Positions 9,140 through 18,570 of a DNA stretch of 64,000 nt are shown here, one piece after another. Source of the stretch: Myxococcales bacterium (GTDB lineage Bacteria > Desulfobacterota > Binatia > HRBIN30); NCBI GenBank assembly GCA_037445065.1, contig JBBILD010000017.1, forward strand, positions 1 through 64,000, in the 5' to 3' direction. Positions within the stretch are counted from its first letter, which is position 1. Each line of letters starts with the position of its first letter. The position numbers and the translations under genes are program-made. The notes beneath the pieces were generated by a model. It did not search any database. It worked only from the letters and a program-made list of their open reading frames with translations, and was not told the origin of the DNA.

Positions 9140-9487
9140 GAGAGGGCTGGGTGGTCGCTCGGGCAGTAAGGACCCGGGAGGAAAGTCCGGACTCCATAGG
9201 GCAGGGTGGCCGCTAACAGCGGCCTCGAGTGATCGAGGGAAAGTGCCACAGAAAAGAGACGGCTGGGAAGATCTTTCTTCCCGGAGTCGGTGAAAACAGT
9301 GCGATCGCACTAACGCGCGCGGTGACGCGCGCGTTCGGCAAACCCCACCCGGAGCAAGACCGAGGCGAGGGGCGTGGCCCGCGCATCCCTCCGAAGAGTC
9401 GCTCGAGGCGGCTGGCAACAGCCGTCCCAGAGGAATGACCACCACCCGCTGCGAGCGGGGACAGAATCCGGCTTACAGGCCCTCTCT
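9140..9487 (+). ncRNA. rnpB: RNase P RNA, bacterial type A (atypical L13 and L15)
   Basis: GAGGAAAGTCCGG, GAAAGTGCCACAGAAA, GGCAAACCCCACCCGGAGCAAG and ACAGAATCCGGCTTA motifs; P1 GAGAGGGC/GCCCTCTC. Confidence 0.95.
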
Positions 9488-9647
9488 TCGTCTCGCCGCA
9501 CCCGACCCTGATGGGGGCGCTAGGAAGTCGGTCGTGCCCCGAGCCGCCGCCTTACCGAATCCGTGTTCTCGGGGACGCCTCTTTTGCTGAGCTTCGATCC
9601 TCGCGCTTCTCCATTGTGCGGAAGTCCCCCTTTTGCCCAAGTTGCAG

Positions 9648-9733
9648 TTGACTCGCGTGGACAAAGTGGGATAGAAGGCGCCTGCACATCGGGCTCAAGC
9701 GGTTTTAGTGGGATGAAGTGGGATCTATTGGGA
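9648..9733 (+). promoter_or_regulatory. dcw promoter region with MraZ-binding direct repeats
   Basis: GTGGGA at 9708 and 9718 and TTGGGA at 9728 (10-bp period), plus GTGGAC at 9657 and GTGGGA at 9666 inside a candidate promoter (TTGACT at 9648, TAGAAG at 9672). Confidence 0.75.
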
Positions 9734-9748
9734 AGGTAGCTCCGAAGC

Positions 9749-10201
9749 ATGTTTCGCGGCACGTACGAACACACCATCGATGAGAAGGGTCGAGTAAGTG
9801 TTCCGGCGCGCTACCGCGAACTGCTCCAGGCGATGAACGATTCGCGCCTGGTGATCACTAACTTCCAGTTAGACGGGCACCGTTGCTTGGACGTCTACCC
9901 GCACAGCACTTGGGTCAAGCTAGAAGAACAGTTGCGCGGTAAGCCCCAGTTCGATCCGAGGGTGCTGAAGTTTATCACATTCTACGTTTCCAGCGCACAA
10001 GATTGTGAACTGGACCGGCACGGCCGTATTTTGCTGCCCCCCACGCTGCGGGATTATGCGGGACTCAAACGAGAGGTGGTGTTCGCCTCGGCTATCGACA
10101 AGTTCCGCATCTGGGACAAGGAAGCCTGGCAGCGAGTCTTCCAGGCAGCAGGAGACGAGCTCGCCAACAACCCCGCCTTGCTGGAGGAGTTGGGAGTATG
10201 A
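9749..10201 (+). CDS. mraZ: Division/cell-wall cluster transcriptional repressor
   Basis: MFRGTYEHTIDEKGRVSVP and DRHGRILLP motifs. Confidence 0.96.
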   Translation: MFRGTYEHTIDEKGRVSVPARYRELLQAMNDSRLVITNFQLDGHRCLDVYPHSTWVKLEEQLRGKPQFDPRVLKFITFYVSSAQDCELDRHGRILLPPTLRDYAGLKREVVFASAIDKFRIWDKEAWQRVFQAAGDELANNPALLEELGV

Positions 10202-10554
10202 CACGCGCTTCCTTGGGTCTCCTCCATCTCGCTCATGCCCCCGCGCGATTTCACACGGCGAGTATGGCCTGGACCGACCTACGGGAACGCAAGGCGCTCA
10301 TCCGCTGGGGCCTGGTTTTCGCCGTCGGTTTTGCCTTGGTCGGCGCACTGCACGTCTGGCTCCGATTACAGGTCCTCGACACTCGCTATCGTTTGGGTGC
10401 AGCCCAGAAAGCATGGGCCCGCCTGGATGCAGAACACGACGCGTTGGTCGCTGAGTTGGCGCGCATCGAAGAGGCGCAGAGCATCGAGGCGATGGCCCTG
10501 GCGCGACTTGGGTTGAAGCGCCCGGACTCCGGGCAGGAGGTCCTACTGCCATGA
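10198..10554 (+). CDS. ftsL: Cell division protein FtsL
   Basis: Single TM segment followed by a coiled coil and IEAMALARLGL; immediately upstream of ftsI. Confidence 0.8.
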   Translation: MTRASLGLLHLAHAPARFHTASMAWTDLRERKALIRWGLVFAVGFALVGALHVWLRLQVLDTRYRLGAAQKAWARLDAEHDALVAELARIEEAQSIEAMALARLGLKRPDSGQEVLLP

Positions 10555-12494
10555 GCGCTTCAGCTTCCCCCCAAGCACGCGCCACTGCCGTCGGCGTTCT
10601 CTTTCTCGCGGTCTTGCTCGGGGCTGCCGTGCGTTTGGTCTACCTGAAGGTGCGCTACGGAACGGAACTCGAGCATTACGCACTCAGGCAGAGGTTGTCG
10701 AGCGTTCAGGCTCCAAGGGAGCGGGGCCCGATCGTGGACCGCCAGGGACGCATCCTGGCTGCGACCGTGGAGGGCGCCCAAGTTTACCTGCGGCCCGCGC
10801 TCTTCCCGATCGAGCACTCCGAGCAGGTGGCTCGCGTGCTTGAAATCCCGGTCGCAACGGTCCGGCAGAAAGCTCAAGCACCCTCCCCCTTCGTGTGGCT
10901 CAAGCGGGACGCCACTATGGAGCAGGCCCGCGCCCTCCAGGATCTCGGTGTGAGCGGAGTCGGCTTCGAGCGCACTCGCTTACGGGTCTACCCGAGAAAA
11001 GCACTCGCCGGCCAGGTCCTCGGCTCGACGGGCGTGGACCTCCAGCCTCTCGGCGGCGTGGAAGCTTCGTATGACCAGTACCTGCGCGGGCGCGTGCCCA
11101 CCTGGCGCGTGGAACGCGACGCCCACGGGCAAATCCTTCCGGACCAAGTGGAACGCGGCGATTCGGACCTGTACGGCGCTCGCGTCGAGCTCACGATCGA
11201 TGCGGATTTCCAGCGCGCTGCCGAAACCGCTTTGGCTGAAGCGGTGAGCGCTACGCGTGCCTTGCAAGGATTGGCCATCGTGCTCGATCCTCATTCGGGG
11301 GAAATCCTCGCTCTGGCGCATAACCCGCCGTTCGATCCGAGCGAGCGTGAAGAGGCACGCAACGAGCGAGCCCGCTTGCGCGCGATCACTGATCCTTTTG
11401 AGCCCGGCTCCACCTTGAAGTCGTTCATTGCTGCGGTGGGCTTGGAGGCCGGCGTCGTCGGGATAAACGAACGCCTGTACTGCGAAGGAGGCCGCTATCG
11501 GGTGGGAAACCGCGTGGTGCGCGATCACGATCCGTATGGTTGGCTTAGCTTTCCCGATGTGCTCCGCCACTCGAGCAACATTTGCACAGCGAAAATCGGC
11601 GAGCGACTGGGCTCCGAGCGCGTGCACGCTGCGCTGGTAAGCTTTGGTTTTGGGCGCCGAACCGGAGTAGATCTGCCGGGAGAGCATGCCTATCCGCTGC
11701 GGCCGTGGCAGCGCTGGGCGCGAATCCATTTGGTGACGACGAGCTTTGGGCAGGGTGTGGCGGTGACCCCGATACAGCTCGTCACGGCGTACGCGGCTTT
11801 GGCCAATGGTGGGCGGCTGCTGCGCCCATACATCGTTCGGCGCGTAGTCGCGGCCGACGGCCGCGTGTTGCTCGAAAACCACCCTCAGCAGGTCGCACAG
11901 CCGATTTCTCCAGAGACCGCAGGTGCGATCGGCGAAATCCTCACCGGCGTTGTCGAAGATGGCACCGGGACACGCGCCCGCTTACAGGGGATTCGCGTTG
12001 CGGGCAAAACCGGGACGGCGCAGAAAGTGGAGGTGGGTAGCGGCCGGTACTCGCCGCGCGACCGCATCGCGTCGTTTGTCGGGTATTTCCCGGTTGAGGA
12101 TCCTCGCTTCGTGATTCTCGTTGTCGTGGACACGCCTCGCTCAGCAACGTACGGAGGCCTGGTGGCAGCTCCAGTGTTCCGGCAAATTGGCGAATTTGTG
12201 GCCGATCGCGTGGGGCTGCGCACCGCTGTGGCTCCCTTCTCCGTGCCGAGTGGCGAGCTGACCCGCAGTCATCCCTCCCTGCAGTTGGCAAGCTGGGCCG
12301 GAGAAGGGGGCCTGAACGGCATGCCGAGTTTTCTCGGCCTGAGCTTGCGCGAAGCGGTGTTACAGGCGCAGCGGGCCGGATGGGCAGTGGAAGTCGAGGG
12401 GACCGGCTACGTCGTTTGGCAAGATCCCCCGCCAGGGGCGCTGCGCGCCCCTGGGAAGAGGTTGCGGCTCAGGCTTGCGCCGCCTGGGAGTTGA
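10551..12494 (+). CDS. ftsI: Class B PBP3 transpeptidase with C-terminal PASTA-like domain
   Basis: RGPIVDR, RVYP, EPGSTLK, SSN, KTGTAQK and MPSFLGLSLREA motifs. Confidence 0.95.
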   Translation: MSASASPQARATAVGVLFLAVLLGAAVRLVYLKVRYGTELEHYALRQRLSSVQAPRERGPIVDRQGRILAATVEGAQVYLRPALFPIEHSEQVARVLEIPVATVRQKAQAPSPFVWLKRDATMEQARALQDLGVSGVGFERTRLRVYPRKALAGQVLGSTGVDLQPLGGVEASYDQYLRGRVPTWRVERDAHGQILPDQVERGDSDLYGARVELTIDADFQRAAETALAEAVSATRALQGLAIVLDPHSGEILALAHNPPFDPSEREEARNERARLRAITDPFEPGSTLKSFIAAVGLEAGVVGINERLYCEGGRYRVGNRVVRDHDPYGWLSFPDVLRHSSNICTAKIGERLGSERVHAALVSFGFGRRTGVDLPGEHAYPLRPWQRWARIHLVTTSFGQGVAVTPIQLVTAYAALANGGRLLRPYIVRRVVAADGRVLLENHPQQVAQPISPETAGAIGEILTGVVEDGTGTRARLQGIRVAGKTGTAQKVEVGSGRYSPRDRIASFVGYFPVEDPRFVILVVVDTPRSATYGGLVAAPVFRQIGEFVADRVGLRTAVAPFSVPSGELTRSHPSLQLASWAGEGGLNGMPSFLGLSLREAVLQAQRAGWAVEVEGTGYVVWQDPPPGALRAPGKRLRLRLAPPGS

Positions 12495-12501
12495 CGAACG
12501 C

Positions 12502-13929
12502 ATGTTTGCAGCCGATACACACAGCTTCGCCGAACCTACCTCCTCGATGCTCTGGGAAGTCGCGGAAATCTTAGCCGCTACCGGCGGGCGCAGCAGGTTG
12601 CCGGAACGGCTTACATTCCATGAGGTCAACACGGACTCGCGTTCCGTGGGGCCGGGCAGCTTGTTCGTAGCTCTTCAGGGGCAGCGCTTTGATGGCCACG
12701 ATTTCATTGACGAAGCGTTGCGGCGAGGCGCTGCGGCGGCGTTGTGCGAGCGGCCCGGAATGGATCCGGAACGCTGCATCTTCGTGCAGGATAGCTTGCG
12801 GGCGCTGGGCGACTTGGCAGGTTGGACCCGCCGTCGCGAAGGCTGGAAGGTGGTGGGCATTACCGGCTCAGCGGGAAAGACAACAACCAAAGAGTTAACC
12901 GCAGCAGTTTGCCGCGCCGGGCTCGGCGATCCCCGTTTGGTGCTCAAGACGAGAGGCAATTGGAACAACCTGGTGGGACTGCCGCTCACCATCCTCGGTG
13001 CCAGCGGAGAGGAGCGTGTGGCGGTGTTGGAAATAGGCATGAACCGCCCGGGAGAGATTCGTCGCCTGGCTCAGATTGCGCAGCCAAATATCGGGGTCAT
13101 CACCAATATCGGCCTGGCCCACGCTGAGGGTGTGGGCGGTAGCATCGCCGGGGTTGCGCGAGCGAAGGGCGAACTGGTCGAAGAGTTGGACGAGGAACGG
13201 ATCTTTTTGGTGAATTTGGATGACGAGTGGGTATGCCGCATCGCGGCGCGTTGCCGCGCCCGGCAGATTACCTTTGGGAAGGGCGGAGATGTGCAGGCGC
13301 ACTGGGTACGCGACCTGGGTCCGGAGGGGGTTAAATTCGAGCTGAACGTTTTGGGGGAGCGGGCCGAGGTACACCTGCCCCTGGTGGGAGTTCACAATGT
13401 AAGCAACGCCTTGGCTGCAGCCGCAGTCGGGCTTGCCATGGGCTTTCGCGTTGAGGTCATCGCATCCGGTCTGGGTAGTGGTGATGTGGAGTTGGCTGGG
13501 AGGATGCAGGTGGAGCGGTTGCGGAATGGAGTGACCGTGATCGATGACGCGTACAACGCGAATCCGTCCAGCGTGGAAGCCGCCCTGAAAGCGCTTCGGC
13601 GCTTTTCAGGGCGGCGGCTGGTGGTGTTGGGCGATATGAGGGAGCTGGGCGGCGAGAGCCGGCGTGCTCACCGAGCCATCGGTGAGTGCGCCGCGTCTCT
13701 CGGAATTTCCCTCTTGGTGCTGTACGGCCCGATGACGCATGCGGTTGCCGAGGGAGCTTCCGAAGCGGGCCTGCCACGCGAACGGATCGTTGCTTGCGCT
13801 TCGCACGAGGAAGTCATTCGCACCGTTGTGCAACACTGGCAAGCCGGCGACACGATCTTGGTAAAAGGATCGCACAGTTTGCATCTGGAAGAGGTGGTAC
13901 ATACCCTACGCGAACTCGGGAATCGCTAA
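12502..13929 (+). CDS. murF: UDP-MurNAc-tripeptide--D-Ala-D-Ala ligase
   Basis: DSR, FDGHDF, GITGSAGKTTTKE, NNLVGLPLT, DDAYNANP, LGDMRELG and LVKGS motifs. Start could instead be 12547. Confidence 0.95.
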   Translation: MFAADTHSFAEPTSSMLWEVAEILAATGGRSRLPERLTFHEVNTDSRSVGPGSLFVALQGQRFDGHDFIDEALRRGAAAALCERPGMDPERCIFVQDSLRALGDLAGWTRRREGWKVVGITGSAGKTTTKELTAAVCRAGLGDPRLVLKTRGNWNNLVGLPLTILGASGEERVAVLEIGMNRPGEIRRLAQIAQPNIGVITNIGLAHAEGVGGSIAGVARAKGELVEELDEERIFLVNLDDEWVCRIAARCRARQITFGKGGDVQAHWVRDLGPEGVKFELNVLGERAEVHLPLVGVHNVSNALAAAAVGLAMGFRVEVIASGLGSGDVELAGRMQVERLRNGVTVIDDAYNANPSSVEAALKALRRFSGRRLVVLGDMRELGGESRRAHRAIGECAASLGISLLVLYGPMTHAVAEGASEAGLPRERIVACASHEEVIRTVVQHWQAGDTILVKGSHSLHLEEVVHTLRELGNR

Positions 13930-13932
13930 CGG

Positions 13933-15009
13933 ATGCTGTACCACTTCCTGTACCCTCTCCATCAAAGCTACTCGGCCTTTAACGTCTTTCGCTACATTAC
14001 CTTCCGTGCGTTGCTCGCAGCTCTGCTGGCGCTTACGCTTTCGTTTCTGCTGGGACCGTGGCTGATCCGCCGGCTGCGCCAGAATCAGGTCGGCCAAACG
14101 ATTCGTCCCGATGGCCCGGAGCGGCACTTCGCCAAAGCAGGAACTCCGACGATGGGCGGCACGCTGATCCTGTTCGCGTTACTGACGGCTACCGTGTTTC
14201 TGTCCGACTTGACGAATGTCTACGTTTGGCTGGTCGTGCTGATCACCGTTGCCTTCGGTGCCATCGGTTTCGTGGACGACTATCAGAAGCTCCGCCGCGG
14301 TTCTGGAAAGGGCCTCAGCGGGCGGCAAAAGCTGGTCGCTCAGTTCTTGGTCGCCTTTCTTGCGGCTGCCTTTTTGGTCCACCGCCCTGGGTTCTCGACC
14401 GAGCTGTATGTGCCCTTTTTCAAAAACGTGCACCCCGAGCTGGGGCTCTGGTACGTGCCCTTTGCGGCCTTGCTCATCGTCGGGGCATCCAATGCTGTGA
14501 ACCTCACCGATGGGCTGGATGGCTTGGCCATCGGGCCGGTGATGACCACGGCCTTTACCTTTGGGGTGTTCGCCTATGTTTGCGGTAGCGCTCGCTTGGC
14601 CGAATACCTGCAAATCCCCCACATTCCGGGTACTGCGGAGTTGGCCATTTTTTGCTCGGCCATGATTGCCGCCGGCTTGGGCTTTCTGTGGTTCAACGCC
14701 TACCCAGCGAAAATGTTCATGGGGGATGTTGGCTCTCTCCCCCTCGGCGCGGCACTGGCGGCGGTGGCCTTGCTCACCAAGCAAGAACTGGTTTTAGCGA
14801 TTGCTGGTGGCGTGTTTGTGGCTGAGGCGCTCTCGGTGATTTTCCAAGTGGCGTCCTACAAGCTGCGCCGCAAGCGCATTTTCCGCATGGCTCCCGTCCA
14901 CCACCATTTTGAGCTGTTAGGCTGGCCGGAGCCACAGATCATTGTGCGATTTTGGATCGTCTCCGTGATTTGTAGCCTGCTCGCCTTGAGCACGTTGAAG
15001 CTGCGATGA
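13933..15009 (+). CDS. mraY: Phospho-N-acetylmuramoyl-pentapeptide transferase
   Basis: [29 protein letters not shown] and APVHHHFE motifs. Confidence 0.98.
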   Translation: MLYHFLYPLHQSYSAFNVFRYITFRALLAALLALTLSFLLGPWLIRRLRQNQVGQTIRPDGPERHFAKAGTPTMGGTLILFALLTATVFLSDLTNVYVWLVVLITVAFGAIGFVDDYQKLRRGSGKGLSGRQKLVAQFLVAFLAAAFLVHRPGFSTELYVPFFKNVHPELGLWYVPFAALLIVGASNAVNLTDGLDGLAIGPVMTTAFTFGVFAYVCGSARLAEYLQIPHIPGTAELAIFCSAMIAAGLGFLWFNAYPAKMFMGDVGSLPLGAALAAVALLTKQELVLAIAGGVFVAEALSVIFQVASYKLRRKRIFRMAPVHHHFELLGWPEPQIIVRFWIVSVICSLLALSTLKLR

Positions 15010-16343
15010 GGGAACTTGCTGCGCGGAAGGGCGTGTTGGTAGTGGGCGCGGGGAGAACGGGCCAAGCAGTGGTGCGGTTTTTCCAATCCTCCTGCACGCC
15101 GGTTTGGCTCACCGATCGCGATCCCTCCCGGCTGGCACCGTGGTCTTCTGAAGATGGGGTTCGCACGGTTTCGGAAGCGGAAGCTGTGGAAGTCGTACCC
15201 TCAGTGGATTTTATCGTGCCCAGCCCCGGTGTGCCCCGTGAGCACCCGGTTCTCGAGGCGGCAACGAAACTTTGCATCCCGGTGTGGAGTGAGATGGAAC
15301 TGGCCAGCCGGTTCTTTCCAAAGCCCGTACTGGCCGTGACCGGTACGAACGGGAAAAGCACGACCACCACCCTCTTGGGCGCAATGCTGCGCGCCTCCGG
15401 CGCGCGCACCTTCGTGGGAGGAAACCTCGGCACGCCGTTTTTATGCGCGTGCACGGAACCTTGGGATGCGGCAGTCGTCGAAGTCTCTAGTTTCCAGCTC
15501 GAATGGGTGGAAACGTTTCGTCCTCGAGTAGGGGTGTTTCTCAATCTGACCCCAGACCATCTCGATCGCTATCCAAATCTCGACGAGTACGGGCGCACGA
15601 AGTTGCGCTTGTTTGCGCGCCAAGCGCCCGACGATTGGGCGGTGTTCCATCGCGACGACCCTTGGGTTGCTAGGGCCTTTGCGCATGCGGCAAGTGGAGC
15701 CCAGATCACCTTTGGCTGGGAGGAAGCGGACTACGGGGCCTGGGTCGAGGGTGAGCAGGTTTGGGTTCGTCGGGCGCCGCACGGCGATCCGCTCCGCCTC
15801 TCGTTGTCCCGTACGCGGCTCGCCGGAAAGCACAACGTGGAAAACATCATGGCCGCGGCACTGGCAGCGCTCGTGTTTGGGGTACCGCAGGAGGCCGTGC
15901 AGCGTGCCATTGATGAGGCGACGCCCTTACCGCATCGGGTCGAATTTGTGCGCGAGTGGGCGGGGGTCCTTTTTTACGACGACTCCAAGGGCACCAATAT
16001 CGGAGCGACCGCGAAAGCAGTGGCAAGCTTCGACCGGCCCGTAGTGTTGCTGGCCGGGGGGTACGACAAGGGTTCTCGTTTCGACCTCATTGCACCTGTT
16101 TTGCAGCGCCACGTCCGGGTCGCTGTGTTTTTCGGCGCCAGCGCCCCAAAGTGGGTCGAGCAGGTTGGAAAGCTCATCCCACACGAAGTGGCCCCGACGT
16201 TGCGGGAAGCAGTTCCCGTGGCTGCCCGCTTGGCACGACCCGGTGATGTCGTGCTGCTTTCCCCGGGGTGCGCAAGCTTCGACGAGTTCGACGACTACGC
16301 GCACCGGGGCAGATCGTTTCGCGCGTGGGTAGAAGCCTTATGA
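15006..16343 (+). CDS. murD: UDP-MurNAc-L-Ala--D-Glu ligase
   Basis: [28 protein letters not shown] and [10 protein letters not shown] motifs. Confidence 0.97.
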   Translation: MRELAARKGVLVVGAGRTGQAVVRFFQSSCTPVWLTDRDPSRLAPWSSEDGVRTVSEAEAVEVVPSVDFIVPSPGVPREHPVLEAATKLCIPVWSEMELASRFFPKPVLAVTGTNGKSTTTTLLGAMLRASGARTFVGGNLGTPFLCACTEPWDAAVVEVSSFQLEWVETFRPRVGVFLNLTPDHLDRYPNLDEYGRTKLRLFARQAPDDWAVFHRDDPWVARAFAHAASGAQITFGWEEADYGAWVEGEQVWVRRAPHGDPLRLSLSRTRLAGKHNVENIMAAALAALVFGVPQEAVQRAIDEATPLPHRVEFVREWAGVLFYDDSKGTNIGATAKAVASFDRPVVLLAGGYDKGSRFDLIAPVLQRHVRVAVFFGASAPKWVEQVGKLIPHEVAPTLREAVPVAARLARPGDVVLLSPGCASFDEFDDYAHRGRSFRAWVEAL

Positions 16344-17497
16344 GGCCAACCACAGTTTCCTGGGATAATCGCTCGCTTTTCCCGAAAGGCGCCGCAGCTC
16401 CGTTGCCGAAACCGCGCCAGTGGCCCGACCCGCAGCTCCTGGTCGCGGTGGCCCTGTTGTTGAGCCTCGGCTGGGTGATGGTTTTCAACGCGTCCTATTT
16501 CGGGGCTGTCCAGCGCCAGGGCAATGGACTTATCTACATTACGCGCCATTCCATCTACCTGCTCGCGGGCATTGGCCTCGGCTTCCTGGCTGCGCGGGTT
16601 CGGCTCGAAGCCTGGAAGAGATCGGCTCGATGGCTGTTTTTGCTTGCGCTCGTACTGTTGTCGCTGGTGCCGTTTATGGGAGAGCTGCGCAATGGTGCAC
16701 GCCGTTGGATCGACGTGGGGTTTGGCTTCACTTTCCAACCCGCCGAATTCGCCAAGTTGGCGCTAGTGCTGCATCTCGCTCGTTTTTTCGCCCGCCGGCC
16801 GGTAGGCGCCAGGCGGCTCGGTGCGGATATCTTCCCCGCGTTGACCTTTACTGGTGTCTGCGCGGCCCTGGTTGTTCAGCAACCCGACCTGGGGACGAGC
16901 GCAATTTTGGCTTGCACGGGCCTGGCCATGCTCTTCTTTGCTGGCGCTCCTATCAGTTACTTTGTGGCGTTGCTGGCGCTCGTGACCGCAGCGGGCGTGG
17001 GTGCCATTTGGGCGGAGCCGTACCGCATGCGCCGGATACTCTGCCTGCTCGATCCGTGGCTCGACCCTCAGAGAACCTGTTTTCAGTTAGCCCAGTCTTT
17101 GGTGGCGTTTGGCGCTGGAGGCTGGACCGGTGTGGGCTTGGGAGAGAGCCGACAAAAGCTCTTTTTCCTACCCGAGGTGCACACCGACTTCATTTTTGCC
17201 CTCATTGGCGAAGAACTGGGTGTCCTGGGCGCAAGCTTTGTCCTAGCCCTTTTTGCTTGGATCGGCATTCGGGGGTTGCGACTCGCACGCCGCGAGGGCG
17301 ACCTGTTTGCCTCGCACTTGGCCTTCGGCCTCACCTTTAGCCTACTGTTCGAAGCTTCGTTCAACGTGCTGGTTGTTCTTGGGGTGCTGCCGACCAAGGG
17401 CCTGGTAATGCCATTTTTGAGTTACGGCGGCTCGGCACTCATCGTAGCGCTTGTGCGGGTCGGGATCCTGATGAACATTTCCCGCCGGGCGTCTTGA
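16340..17497 (+). CDS. ftsW: SEDS peptidoglycan polymerase FtsW
   Basis: NGARRW, FQPAEFAK, QPDLGT, LPEVHTDFIF and PFLSYGGS motifs. Confidence 0.96.
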   Translation: MRPTTVSWDNRSLFPKGAAAPLPKPRQWPDPQLLVAVALLLSLGWVMVFNASYFGAVQRQGNGLIYITRHSIYLLAGIGLGFLAARVRLEAWKRSARWLFLLALVLLSLVPFMGELRNGARRWIDVGFGFTFQPAEFAKLALVLHLARFFARRPVGARRLGADIFPALTFTGVCAALVVQQPDLGTSAILACTGLAMLFFAGAPISYFVALLALVTAAGVGAIWAEPYRMRRILCLLDPWLDPQRTCFQLAQSLVAFGAGGWTGVGLGESRQKLFFLPEVHTDFIFALIGEELGVLGASFVLALFAWIGIRGLRLARREGDLFASHLAFGLTFSLLFEASFNVLVVLGVLPTKGLVMPFLSYGGSALIVALVRVGILMNISRRAS

Positions 17498-17499
17498 CG

Positions 17500-18570
17500 A
17501 TGCGCATGATGATTGCAGGTGGTGGCACAGGTGGTCACTTGTTTCCCGGCCTGGCGGTTGCCGAACGGTGGCAGGTGTCGGGTCGGGGGTCGGTGTGTTT
17601 TGTGGGTAGCCGGTTTGGTCTCGAGGCTCGGATCGTACCTGCGCGCGGCTATCCGTTTTACGCCTTGCCGATTTACGGTGCCCGCGGCCGAGGCATGCGC
17701 GGGTACGTAGAATTTGCGCTCCAGTTGCCGGTTGCTCTGGCCCAGGCATGGCGGGCGCAACGAGAGTTCCGGCCCGATGTCGTGGTAGGCCTCGGCGGGT
17801 ACGGCTCGGTTCCGGCTGTACTGATCGCCTGGGTGCGCCGGGTGCCGGTCGTGCTCTTGGAACAAAACGCTCGCCCTGGCTGGGCAAACCGTCTTCTTGC
17901 CTGCTTCGCGACGCGTATTTGCACGAGCTTCGCCGCTTCTGCTGCGCACTTTCCTGCGGGCAAGGCCGTGCATACTGGAAACCCAGTGCGGGCGATGCAC
18001 GGCATGCGGTCTGCGAGTGAACGTGCCGGATTCCGCTTGTTGGTTCTTGGCGGAAGCCAAGGGGCCCGTTCGATCAACCGCGCCGTGGTGGAAGCCGCCG
18101 CCGAGTTGATGCATGCGATCCCGAACTTGCACATCGTCCATCAAAGCGGGCCGCTCGACGAAGAATGGGTGCGCGCCTCGTACCAGGAGAAGGGCGTGCG
18201 AGCGGAGGTGCATGCCTTTATTGATGACATGGCAGCGGCCTACGCGCGGGCTGACCTCGTGCTGTGCCGAGCCGGGGCGAGCACGCTGGCAGAGCTGGCT
18301 GTGGCCGGGAAAGCCGCGGTGCTGGTGCCGTATCCTTACGCAGCCGATGACCACCAGCGCCTCAATGCCGAAACGTGGCAACAGGCCGGGGCGGCAGAAA
18401 TGATCTTGGACCGCGAACTGACCGCCAGCCGTCTCCTGGAGGTGGTCACGAGACTTGCGCGCAACCCCGAGCTGCGGCAAACGATGTCTACCCGCGCTCG
18501 ATCGCTAGCGCGCCCGCAAGCCGCGGAAGAAGTTGCGAGGGTTTGTGAGGAGGTCGGCAGGAAACGATGA
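17500..18570 (+). CDS. murG: Lipid II GlcNAc transferase
   Basis: GGGTGGHLFP, GGY, EQN, GNPVR, GGSQGA and RAGASTLAEL motifs. Confidence 0.97.
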   Translation: MRMMIAGGGTGGHLFPGLAVAERWQVSGRGSVCFVGSRFGLEARIVPARGYPFYALPIYGARGRGMRGYVEFALQLPVALAQAWRAQREFRPDVVVGLGGYGSVPAVLIAWVRRVPVVLLEQNARPGWANRLLACFATRICTSFAASAAHFPAGKAVHTGNPVRAMHGMRSASERAGFRLLVLGGSQGARSINRAVVEAAAELMHAIPNLHIVHQSGPLDEEWVRASYQEKGVRAEVHAFIDDMAAAYARADLVLCRAGASTLAELAVAGKAAVLVPYPYAADDHQRLNAETWQQAGAAEMILDRELTASRLLEVVTRLARNPELRQTMSTRARSLARPQAAEEVARVCEEVGRKR

